From Trichormus sp. ATA11-4-KO1 (GTDB taxonomy: Bacteria > Cyanobacteriota > Cyanobacteriia > Cyanobacteriales > Nostocaceae), in assembly GCA_019358915.1 (NCBI GenBank), contig JAHHIM010000055.1, forward strand, positions 64,001 through 128,000: a DNA stretch of 64,000 nucleotides. Reading direction: 5' to 3'. The notes beneath the pieces were generated by a model, which was not told the origin of the DNA, made no database searches, and saw only the letters and a program-made list of their open reading frames with translations. A program made the translations under genes and the position numbers. The first letter of the stretch is position 1, and each line of letters starts with the position of its first letter. This document shows positions 41,174 to 49,800 of the stretch, one piece after another.

Positions 41174-41563
41174 TTACGGTTTTTTAATATAATCTGCTAG
41201 TCTTTTTATACGCCATGGGTCATCCTTAAGCATACCCAGCGCTACGTTACACTGGGTACATAAAATACCTCTAACTACCCCCGTGGTGTGGCAATGATCT
41301 ATAACAGTATTCTTAGCTTTCCCTGGTGCAGGTATATCATCTTTACACACGTCACACTTACACCCTTGGGCTTCCCATAACTTAACTGCTGTGTATAAAG
41401 TTATACCATACCTAGCTCGTCTCGCTCGGCACTTAGCCCGTTCCGAGTCACAGAGTTTACAAGTATATCTATGCCCTGATAACCTATTAACGTCAGTCGA
41501 GAAGTCTTCTAGAGGTTTAATAACCTGACATTTGGCGCACTTTCGGATTGACTGAATACTCAT
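41174..41563 (-). CDS. Endonuclease VII-type HNH endonuclease
   Basis: CxxC pairs, IDHCHTTG.VRGILC..CN..LG. Confidence 0.9.
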   Translation of the reverse strand: MSIQSIRKCAKCQVIKPLEDFSTDVNRLSGHRYTCKLCDSERAKCRARRARYGITLYTAVKLWEAQGCKCDVCKDDIPAPGKAKNTVIDHCHTTGVVRGILCTQCNVALGMLKDDPWRIKRLADYIKKP

Positions 41564-41581
41564 AGATTATTAGGTGATTTT

Positions 41582-41992
41582 ATGTTTGGTTTAGGTATTG
41601 CTAAGACGGCTTCAGGTATCGCTAAGACGGTAACAGGTAAGGTAAAGGATTTTAGGGGTGTGCTTGCTACTAACCCAGGGGCTTTAGGGTTAGCGCTACC
41701 ACCGCAAGTGCAACTTGGCATTAATGTAGCAAACTCCCTGGGACTTAAAATACCTTCGGCAGACGTGCTGAGTAAGCAAGTGATGTCGGAGTTAGACAAA
41801 GCAGTATTCGGGTTGTATCGTCCTAGCACTAAAGACCTTCTCAATGGTCTTAAAGGTAGAGTTAGCACTACCCCTGGATTAGACCAGTACTTGGAACAGT
41901 TAAGAAAGTCGGGTAACAGTACCCTAGATAAGATAGAAGAGGCTACCAATACCGCAGAAGACCTCCTATCATCTATTAACTGGTTACTTTAA
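41582..41992 (+). CDS. Phage hypothetical protein (probably late/virion)
   Basis: 136 aa; preceded by TGACTGAATA motif at 41549. Confidence 0.55.
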   Translation: MFGLGIAKTASGIAKTVTGKVKDFRGVLATNPGALGLALPPQVQLGINVANSLGLKIPSADVLSKQVMSELDKAVFGLYRPSTKDLLNGLKGRVSTTPGLDQYLEQLRKSGNSTLDKIEEATNTAEDLLSSINWLL

Positions 41993-42559
41993 CATCCACT
42001 GGGTATCCTTAAACTCAAACATCCTAGGCTTGTTACCCCACTGTGATACGTAAGCCATCCATACCTCACCGTGTATATTTAAATACCCGCAGTGAGGTGT
42101 ATTAGACTTACTATCGGGGTATATTTTTTTACACAACTCCTGGATATGGTGCCGTACTTTAGCTAAGTTATGTAGCTTTTCGGTGATGTGAAAGCTCACA
42201 TACTCGGATAAACCAGGTTTAAGTTTACCGTTTTCATAACCACCATACCTTACAAGGGTTGCTTGTCTAGTTATCTCCCGTGTTTCTGTTTGGTAGAACT
42301 TACTGGCAGCAGCTAACCTGTGACATGCAGGTACTACTACCTCTATGTAGTGTTTTATCCACCATAGGCACTGCTTATAAAATCGTACTTTTTTAGTGTT
42401 ACCCCGATTCTCGTTTAGTGTGGTTAGATCGGCGTACTTATCCCATATTTGGTGAAGTTTGGCTACTTTATTTTTATCCTTCTTAGCCGCTTGTACAGCC
42501 CCCCGGATGTCTAAGGGTAGCTGACCCCAGTTAGTATCATTCTCATTGTTACGAGTCAT
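41984..42559 (-). CDS. Basic hypothetical protein downstream of the ncRNA unit
   Basis: 191-aa ORF starting 23 nt after the tRNA-like RNA on the same strand. Confidence 0.65.
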   Translation of the reverse strand: MTRNNENDTNWGQLPLDIRGAVQAAKKDKNKVAKLHQIWDKYADLTTLNENRGNTKKVRFYKQCLWWIKHYIEVVVPACHRLAAASKFYQTETREITRQATLVRYGGYENGKLKPGLSEYVSFHITEKLHNLAKVRHHIQELCKKIYPDSKSNTPHCGYLNIHGEVWMAYVSQWGNKPRMFEFKDTQWMLK

Positions 42560-42581
42560 TTGTTAACCCAATAAATATTAA

Positions 42582-42657
42582 TGGAGCTAAAGGGAATCGA
42601 ACCCTTGTGCTAATGGTTTCACTTTGGCTTTACCACTAGACGACACCTACTAGCCCC
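42582..42657 (-). ncRNA. tmRNA tRNA-like-domain-only RNA (alanine acceptor, no D-stem, no tag ORF)
   Basis: GGGGCTA-GTAGGTGTCGTC-TAGTGGT-(14-nt loop)-ACCATTA-GCAC-AAGGG-TTCGATT-CCCTT-TAGCTCC-A; G3-U70, A73, canonical T-arm. Confidence 0.7.
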
Positions 42658-42665
42658 TTAGTGCT

Positions 42666-42702
42666 TAGTGATTTAAAGTAGCCCGAATACTTTAAACCAC
42701 TA
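42666..42702 (-). other. 15-bp hairpin separating the large RNA from the tRNA-like RNA
   Basis: TAGTGGTTTAAAGTA-TTCGGGC-TACTTTAAATCACTA; its one non-WC pair is G-U only on the minus strand. Confidence 0.7.
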
Positions 42703-42704
42703 GG

Positions 42705-43287
42705 CTATACCTTGACCCAGCCTCACCTCTAGCTTGGCTTTCAAGTCTCGGTATATTCACCTTTGGTTTTCCTTGGCTTTACTCAGGCTAGAGGACACTG
42801 AATAAAGACTTACTTGGTAGACCTTAGGTACTTTGTAAATGTAGATGATTTTTTAGGTCGAAGTCTACAGCTCCTTGACTTATGCGGCAAAGCGTCAACC
42901 ACTTTTACGTCCCCCGCTAACGGCTACTTACGTAAGCAGCTACCGCCCATGTATGAAAGTTCTGAGTACTTTGCCCTTATCGTGGGCTACTCTGAGAGTA
43001 CCTTATTTTACTAGCATTAATACTCCCAACGCGCTAGTGTCCCCTGAGTTATTTAATGACCGACAGGTTAGGTCTAATAGCGCTACCTGTAGTTGAGAGT
43101 ACAGGCTTTACGGTTAGCTGAGGCTCTGTCTTTGTCTTAGATTTGGTAGTCTAACCAGCCCTACTAATCCCCAACCGTAAATATTTGCTTTATTCACATC
43201 CAGACTCTGTAGCTCTCGCCGTTCTTTGATGTGGAGGGGTCACCAAACCCTCGCGCGCTATATGAGTTAGATTTCTCTCCCTCACCC
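42705..43287 (-). ncRNA. Large (~580 nt) highly structured non-coding RNA, ROOL/GOLLD-like
   Basis: Own promoter, no credible same-strand ORF, many local and long-range helices (43171-81/43107-17, 43228-33/43195-200, 42997-43003/42826-32, 42864-69/42840-45, 42787-94/42726-33, 42750-55/42706-11). Confidence 0.65.
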
Positions 43288-43291
43288 TTTT

Positions 43292-43320
43292 ATAATAACA
43301 AGGTTTTCTAAGACTGTCAA
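43292..43320 (-). promoter_or_regulatory. Sigma70-type promoter for the ncRNA unit
   Basis: Minus strand TTGACA(43320-43315)-17 bp-TATTAT(43297-43292). Confidence 0.7.
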
Positions 43321-43338
43321 CCCTATAATGAAAAATAT

Positions 43339-45504
43339 TTATTCCACTGGTGCGCCACCTATAACCGAGTTTAATCGTGTGCCCAACTTCTTGAAAATAT
43401 TAGCCGGGTTCTGAGCTACCCCGTTCTTTAGAGTCTCGAAGTGGCAATGGTCACCGCTACCTATTCCAGTACTACCCATTGTGGCAATCTGTTGCCCTTT
43501 CTTTACTTGCTCTCCTAACTTGACCAATAGTGTCGTGTTATGTAAATATCTGGTAGCCCAGCCGTTATCATGTCGGATTTTAAGCATATTCCCGGCTCCT
43601 CCTTGGAAGCCTATAGGTGCTACTACTACCCCGTCTCTAGCCGCATAGATTGGGGTACCTTTTTTATTAGCAATATCTATCCCCTTGTGGTTTCTACTAG
43701 CCCCAGGGATACCTGTGTTTCTCAGTCCGAACCCTGACGTTACCGTACCCGTACAAGGATATACCCAAACACCTGGGGTATCCGGTACGTTATTCTGCGG
43801 CATGGGCGCGTTAGGGGTATCGGCGGGCGTGTTATCCAGTACCTCTACCGGGCTGTACACATCTAAGGTAGAGGTATCAGAGGCTAACTTATGCGTTACT
43901 TTGTCGACTAACCAAATACGATCTAAGGGGCTAGGGAAACCTAGAGTACGCACTCCGTCCAATGGCTTCAATGGCATTGAAGCCGGGCTTAAGTTAACTG
44001 TAAACCTACTAGGTAGTCCCTTAACCCTCTTAAACCTAGACCTACTCTGATTTAATAATGCGTCCTGACCTGGACTAGGAGTCCCTGATATAACTTTAGT
44101 CTGGTTACCCGTAGCTGATATGTCTCGTGCTGGGTCTACGTCGATGTTCTTAGTTAGCATTTCCCCGGTTAGCGGTTCTACAGTTGCCTTAGGCTCCTCT
44201 TGAAGTAAACTAGACTCTTCCTGGTTTTTATCTAACGCCTTATCTACTACCTCATACTTGATAAGGTTACCTTCACGGGTTATCGTAAACCCTGTATCAT
44301 TTATTTTGTCCCTGGATTTAATAGTTAACGCCCCGTTATTCTCCGACACCCATAGTCCCGCATAGTTAGCCTCACGGATGAGTAACTGGTAATCGCTAAT
44401 ACCAGATTGGTCTATGTGTTGGTACAACGGGTCTAGAGTAGACTGCCAGTCTAACTTTATCTTATGGGCTTCTGCGATCGCTTGAGCTAGCTGTCTTAGG
44501 CTGGTATCCTTAACCGTCTTATTACGTTTCCGGCGGTTAAGTACCCACCGGATACCTTGCCCCATGACTTGAGTTTTACCTGTTTCATCCCACTTAGTAC
44601 CTTGATGGAAGAACTCGAAACTCACCCCGCACCAGTCGATGATTATTTTATTACCCTTGATAACCTCTTGTACGGTTTCAGGGATACTAGGGCGTAACGC
44701 GGATATGTCAGGTTCTACCTTAGTAGCTACAGGGGTTACTGTAGAACCTTTGTTATAAAATGCTAATCGTTCGTTATAGTATGCTATTGCTGCATCCACT
44801 GTCCAACCCGTCTGCTGTTCAGCAGCACCTGGAAGGCTAGTCCATTCATTCCTGCCTCTTCTTATTGCTTCTCGGATATCCCCAGCCAGTAAAGGCGCTA
44901 TCATCTTACGCTGACCCATTAACCAGAATGCGGCTCTATCCTGGGACGTGGGTAGGAAGTCCTTGAACTTACCAGGGTTCCTAGACTGTATATAACGCCA
45001 GGTCTTAGGTATAATCTGATACCTCCCGGATGCCCTTGTCCATTGAGTGATGGAAGTGGGATAACCTTTGGCGGCTTCTGCTTCTGTAAACCTAGTGTTA
45101 TTTATTCCTGTAAAGTACCATTCACGGGTTATTTGGAAGCTAAAGTAACCCCCAACCTCCCTAACAGCTATCATGTCCAGAAAAGCTTTAACCTGCGGGG
45201 TAAACGGTTCCCCGGTAGACTCTACGCCCACGTTACCATTACCGGGGGTTACTTTAGATGATTCAGGTGCCTGGTTACTGATTACGGGGCTATTATTAGG
45301 GTTAGGGGTTAACTGTCGGATACCCCCGGAGTTTATAGTATGGCTAATCAAAGCTGATGCTATTAAGCCTAGGGGGTCGGATAAAGTAATCATACAGTTA
45401 CTAGATTTATCATTTTGCCCAAGCGTTACTTCCAGGTCTATGAGTTCGTTCTTAGGCTTCCAGACCTGCCCAAAACCCTCTAAGCTAACCTCTACATCCC
45501 TCAT
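43339..45504 (-). CDS. Baseplate hub (late control D/gp27-like) with inserted lysozyme domain and C-terminal M23 peptidase
   Basis: FLDMIA..E, ASGRYQI..TW, SQDRAA, EWTSLPG (lambda-type muramidase); IDQSGISDYQLL (GPD-like); HKGIDI, YLH, HCHFE (M23). Confidence 0.82.
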   Translation of the reverse strand: MRDVEVSLEGFGQVWKPKNELIDLEVTLGQNDKSSNCMITLSDPLGLIASALISHTINSGGIRQLTPNPNNSPVISNQAPESSKVTPGNGNVGVESTGEPFTPQVKAFLDMIAVREVGGYFSFQITREWYFTGINNTRFTEAEAAKGYPTSITQWTRASGRYQIIPKTWRYIQSRNPGKFKDFLPTSQDRAAFWLMGQRKMIAPLLAGDIREAIRRGRNEWTSLPGAAEQQTGWTVDAAIAYYNERLAFYNKGSTVTPVATKVEPDISALRPSIPETVQEVIKGNKIIIDWCGVSFEFFHQGTKWDETGKTQVMGQGIRWVLNRRKRNKTVKDTSLRQLAQAIAEAHKIKLDWQSTLDPLYQHIDQSGISDYQLLIREANYAGLWVSENNGALTIKSRDKINDTGFTITREGNLIKYEVVDKALDKNQEESSLLQEEPKATVEPLTGEMLTKNIDVDPARDISATGNQTKVISGTPSPGQDALLNQSRSRFKRVKGLPSRFTVNLSPASMPLKPLDGVRTLGFPSPLDRIWLVDKVTHKLASDTSTLDVYSPVEVLDNTPADTPNAPMPQNNVPDTPGVWVYPCTGTVTSGFGLRNTGIPGASRNHKGIDIANKKGTPIYAARDGVVVAPIGFQGGAGNMLKIRHDNGWATRYLHNTTLLVKLGEQVKKGQQIATMGSTGIGSGDHCHFETLKNGVAQNPANIFKKLGTRLNSVIGGAPVE

Positions 45505-45524
45505 GGTTTATAGATAATAAGTCA

Positions 45525-45551
45525 AACGCCCTAGGGGTTAGCTAGGGCGTT
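45525..45551 (-). terminator. Hairpin ending the early operon upstream of the hub gene
   Basis: AACGCCCTAG-N7-CTAGGGCGTT. Confidence 0.55.
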
Positions 45552-45580
45552 ATATTAAGGGTTATACCTCACTGTTAACC

Positions 45581-45955
45581 TTAATAAACCTCAAAAATAC
45601 TAAAAGTCAATAACTCTGGGCGGTTCTTAGGATGGCTGATTATCCATAGTGCTGAGCGGGCGGGTTCATTGAATATATGTGTCTCAGCCCCAGCCATCCA
45701 CGTATTTAAGTCATATACTTCATTGTAATATTTTGTAGTTAAAAACCATGCTTTACGTCCGTCTAGCTCCGAAGAGTTTAGTAAGTACCTATCCTCTCTG
45801 TTTAGCTGGTCATCCCAGATAGATAAACCTATCTGCTTAAGTTCGGAAAACTGAAGTATACCTTTGAGCTTGGTTAACTTCATCTGGTTATCTTCTTCCC
45901 ATAGTTCAGGTAGAAATATTTCCCGAATGTCTAACAAGTACTCAGTAGGTGTCAT
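45581..45955 (-). CDS. Phage hypothetical protein
   Basis: 124-aa ORF coupled to the kinase gene. Confidence 0.6.
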   Translation of the reverse strand: MTPTEYLLDIREIFLPELWEEDNQMKLTKLKGILQFSELKQIGLSIWDDQLNREDRYLLNSSELDGRKAWFLTTKYYNEVYDLNTWMAGAETHIFNEPARSALWIISHPKNRPELLTFSIFEVY

Positions 45956-46500
45956 GAGGCTAACTCCTCTGCCGCTACTTTCAGGTCTTCAGTAGTATGA
46001 TTAGATACGAAAAAACCACGATTAGAACGTACCCACAAACTATCAAATATTTCTCTCTGGTATTCATCCGACTTCATAGCAGTTATACCTGGTCTATTTA
46101 TCCATACGGGTATAACCTCTATTCCTTCATCTAAAAACTTAAGTATAACATACATCTCTGTAAAGTTACGGGTATCGGTTAAGATAACCGTGCGAGACAT
46201 AAGCATCTGTTTTATTAGCTTTGTTACCTTTCTGGTCATCATGTGAGGGTCGATCTGAGGAAAAAACTCAAAAGCTTTTACCATTACGTCTAGGTAACTA
46301 ATATCCGTACCTGGTAGCTTTTCTAACCGCTTCTCTGGGTCATCTAAGAAACCTGCGGGTAAATCATAGACCATTTCAAACATATCTTTCATCGGTCTAG
46401 ACCACTTTACATTAGCTGCTCTTATCAGCTTTTGCATTTCCCGGCACAGCGTATCTTTACCTGCGCCTGAATAACCCATTAGTACATAAATACTACTCAT
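45952..46500 (-). CDS. Deoxynucleoside monophosphate kinase-like P-loop protein
   Basis: GYSGAGKDT Walker A, PMK, ILTDTR..E motifs. Confidence 0.8.
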   Translation of the reverse strand: MSSIYVLMGYSGAGKDTLCREMQKLIRAANVKWSRPMKDMFEMVYDLPAGFLDDPEKRLEKLPGTDISYLDVMVKAFEFFPQIDPHMMTRKVTKLIKQMLMSRTVILTDTRNFTEMYVILKFLDEGIEVIPVWINRPGITAMKSDEYQREIFDSLWVRSNRGFFVSNHTTEDLKVAAEELAS

Positions 46501-46614
46501 CTATTATCTCCTCCTGCTAAGTCAAACTTTGCTATCCCACCAGTAGGGACTACGTCCTGTCATGTTATTCTCTGTAAGAATAAAGGTTGACTATCACTGT
46601 CAACCTAGTAGCGT

Positions 46615-46794
46615 TTACCAAATAACTATAGAATCTTCATCCTGATCTATATCCGGTGAATATTCCCAAAGAGCGTTCCAGAAAGGGTTATTTTCTAACT
46701 CATTCCGGAATCCTTCAGGGACTTCTAGCTCTAGTTCCGCTTCTAACTCGGCTTCTATCTGACTTTGGCTAACTTCTGACCCGTATCCTAGCAT
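46615..46794 (-). CDS. 59-aa highly acidic early protein (not in ORF track)
   Basis: MLGYGSEVSQSQIEAELEAELELEVPEGFRNELENNPFWNALWEYSPDIDQDEDSIVIW; GGGAG RBS; own promoter at 46853. Confidence 0.6.
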   Translation of the reverse strand: MLGYGSEVSQSQIEAELEAELELEVPEGFRNELENNPFWNALWEYSPDIDQDEDSIVIW

Positions 46795-46884
46795 CTGTTT
46801 AGCTCCCTTTTGCTTATGTATCTATAATAGCTTGGGTTGACCTTAACTGTCAACCCTAAACTATATCTAGGATTGTGTGCTATT

Positions 46885-49800
46885 TTATACTAACATACTT
46901 AGTAACTGGCTAGGGGTTACTGTGTAACCTATGGGTAACCCTTGGGGCTGGCTAGGTGTTATTTGGGGGTCTTTAGGGTCTTTACGGAGGCAAAAAGGGT
47001 CTACGTCTACCGCAGAAAACCAAGCTACACCCGCCGGGATACAGTCTAACGACAAGGCGTCAATAAATGCGGCTCTAACGTATAAGTGGGCTAGTTGTAA
47101 TGCCCAAATAGCATTTCTGATGTTATTGGGGTCATCTCCCACCATCGTCCTAATCTCATCGTGGATGGTTATCAGAAGTTTCCCGTCTACTCCTAGTTTC
47201 TTATAGAAGTGTCTAGTTAGTAGGATTAACATATCTCTGAAGTCTACACCGGAACTCTGAATAGTCCAGTTTACTCTAGATGGTTTGAAGTCTTTAAACC
47301 CTGCTAGTGACCTACTCATTACATTTTTGAGTAAAGGTGTCTTGGGTACCTTGGAGTCCGCTATGGATTCCATAACGTTAAACGAATCCGATGCTAACCC
47401 CCCTGTGTACCTCTTGAAGCTTCCTAACGCCCCTTCTTCCCTTACGGTTTGACCCTTGAACTTATTGATAAATACTTTACTGTTAGCCTGTGCCTCAGCT
47501 AATGTCATTGTGGGGATGTTCTTTAGAAGCGCGTTAGTATCCCCGGTTAGCCCCTGTCCATAAATGCAGTTACCTGTGATAGTTATTGTGTCACCTTGAC
47601 GCATAACCCAAGTACCTAAAGCTGTAGTAGGACACCATACGGATGTGTTCTCAATGCGAGTTTTAACTAACCTCTGAGCAGTTATGTGCGGCTTGGTTAA
47701 GTTCATTTTTTGGACTTTATTACCGTATCTTGTACCAACAGAAACTCTGTAACCAATCAAATAAGCCGCTAGTTTAAAAGCTTCTGCATGATGCCCCATT
47801 TTCTGAGTTATGCACCAAGTGCCAGTGGCTCGATCTTGATGTCCATCACTAAGTAAAACCCCTAATACAAAAGATTGTAGCTCCCTGTAAGACATTTTCA
47901 GGATCTCCGGTATGTAGTCTGTGCCGTATTTAACCCCAAAAGACTTAAGACCATAACCTGAGCCGCCATTATAAGGGGCTGACACGGTTATATTATTTTC
48001 TTGTTTTATGTTATCTGTGGTGAATATCTGAAATATTGTGTATCCTTCCTTAACTCCTAGCTTCCTTACACGCTTAGACCCATACCATCTGTGATCACCT
48101 GTGCAAACTACAGACCACCCATGACTCATTTCTAACTTATACACCTCAGCGTCTTCGTGATATGTCATATGGGTTATAGGAGACCATTCATTAACCCCTG
48201 TTTCTGCGTTGTAGGCTAATATTTCTGTCCCATGAGATAACTCTGAGTAAACCCTCCAACCTTCTCTAGTCAGCGCTTGAGTATCCATTGGAACACAACC
48301 ATACACCCTGGTCTTAGTATTGTCTCTACTGATACCAGTCTCTTTCGCCATTAAGCTATGAATGTCTGTGGACGCTTCTAAGGTCTCAGCCTTAGCCCCC
48401 GCCACACAAATAAAGCCCATAGGAGTACTTGCATTAATACCTAACACTGAATCACCCATAATGCCCGCTAACCACGCTTCTTCACTGTCAATGTCCGCAC
48501 CTACAAGCACATAACCTTTAGGTGGGGCTACCATAGATTTAAGCTCGGTACCTAAGCGAGACTTTTTAGGGTTAGCCGCTACCTGCCAAAGGTTGTCGGC
48601 ACATCTCCCTGTTATGGTGCCGTTAACAAGTAACGAGGGTAGGGTGACAGGGAAACCTTCAGGCGATTCAGTATGGATGGCGGCTACTCGTTTACGTAAA
48701 CTTACCCAGTTTATTGTAGACACCTTTTCAGCTAACATCTGCTTTACTGAGTCATTAGCCGCACTAAGTACACCCTGTTCAAACGCTGCAACAAAGCCCT
48801 TAGCGAACACGGAGGTAACGTTTTTACCTCTAACTTCTGGATGTGGTAACCACCCGTGTACTTCTGTGTACCATGTTTTATTTTCATCATCCCAGAGCAA
48901 AGGCTCACCCCGCCAAGTTATCCCCATTACTATGGGCACAAAGCGCTTAGATAAGGTTAGGTCACCTTTGGCATAGTCAGATAGCACTTTACGGTACCAA
49001 GCGGGTAACCCTTTATTCTTCCCTGACTTCGCCGGATTCCAGTCTAACGCCAATGCTGGCTTAGGTAGGTTATCAGGGTCACACTGGGATAGGTATTCCT
49101 CCGCTAAAATCATCAAGTCTTTGTTAGTCTTTACGGCTAACTCTTGATACATATTCTCTGCGGTCTCGTAATACTTAGGAAACCTATCAGCATCTAAAGG
49201 TAACCAGCACGACCCTAATAAAATAGACCCGGACTGCGCGACTAAGCTAGGTCTATGGTTAAGGTACTCAGGGTAGAGTCTCTTGAATAGCTGTGCTGTA
49301 TGTAGCACATCTTCACAGCAATACCTGATAACCTCCAGCATGTTATCCCTAACCCAGGGTAGCCCGTCATTAACTATGTTATCTCTAACCCCTTTGTCTA
49401 GTGGTTTGTTAAAGAAGAACTCGTATACCGCAGATAAGCTGTTAGTTGCTGTCTCGCCCATCCAGTCTAGGTTAGTATCTTCGTCTAGATACAAGGGTCT
49501 TTGCTGGTTACTTAAACCACGGCATATTATCCACGCAGACATTAGGTCGAAGAATCGGTTACCCGTATCCTCCATCTGGTACTCAGATGATAAATAAGCT
49601 CTGTCATACTGAGTGTTGTAGTTTACCATTAGGTTATTAAAACCGTAGGGGATAATAGAGGGCATCTGGTCGAAGTCGGTAACCCAAAGTAGCCAACCCC
49701 TAGCAGACATAGCCACAGCGCAAGTAGGTAACCACCTATCCCCCACTTGCACCGTTTCAGTATCTTGGAAGAACACCTTCCCAGATATTGGCTTTTCAAG

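Noticed and set aside
42582..42657. Ordinary phage tRNA-Ala, or an attR copy of the host tRNA-Ala
   Set aside because: No D-stem and no 7-nt anticodon loop; the sequence differs from the 21301-21373 tRNA and is in the opposite orientation
42814..43096. Plus-strand ORFs 42814-43014 and 42875-43096
   Set aside because: Short, overlapping, TTG starts, no motifs; the promoter and G-U pairs favour a minus-strand RNA
42582..43287. Complete or two-piece permuted tmRNA including the upstream 580 nt
   Set aside because: Both acceptor strands lie within 76 nt in normal order, and I found no tag ORF ending in Ala-Ala-stop
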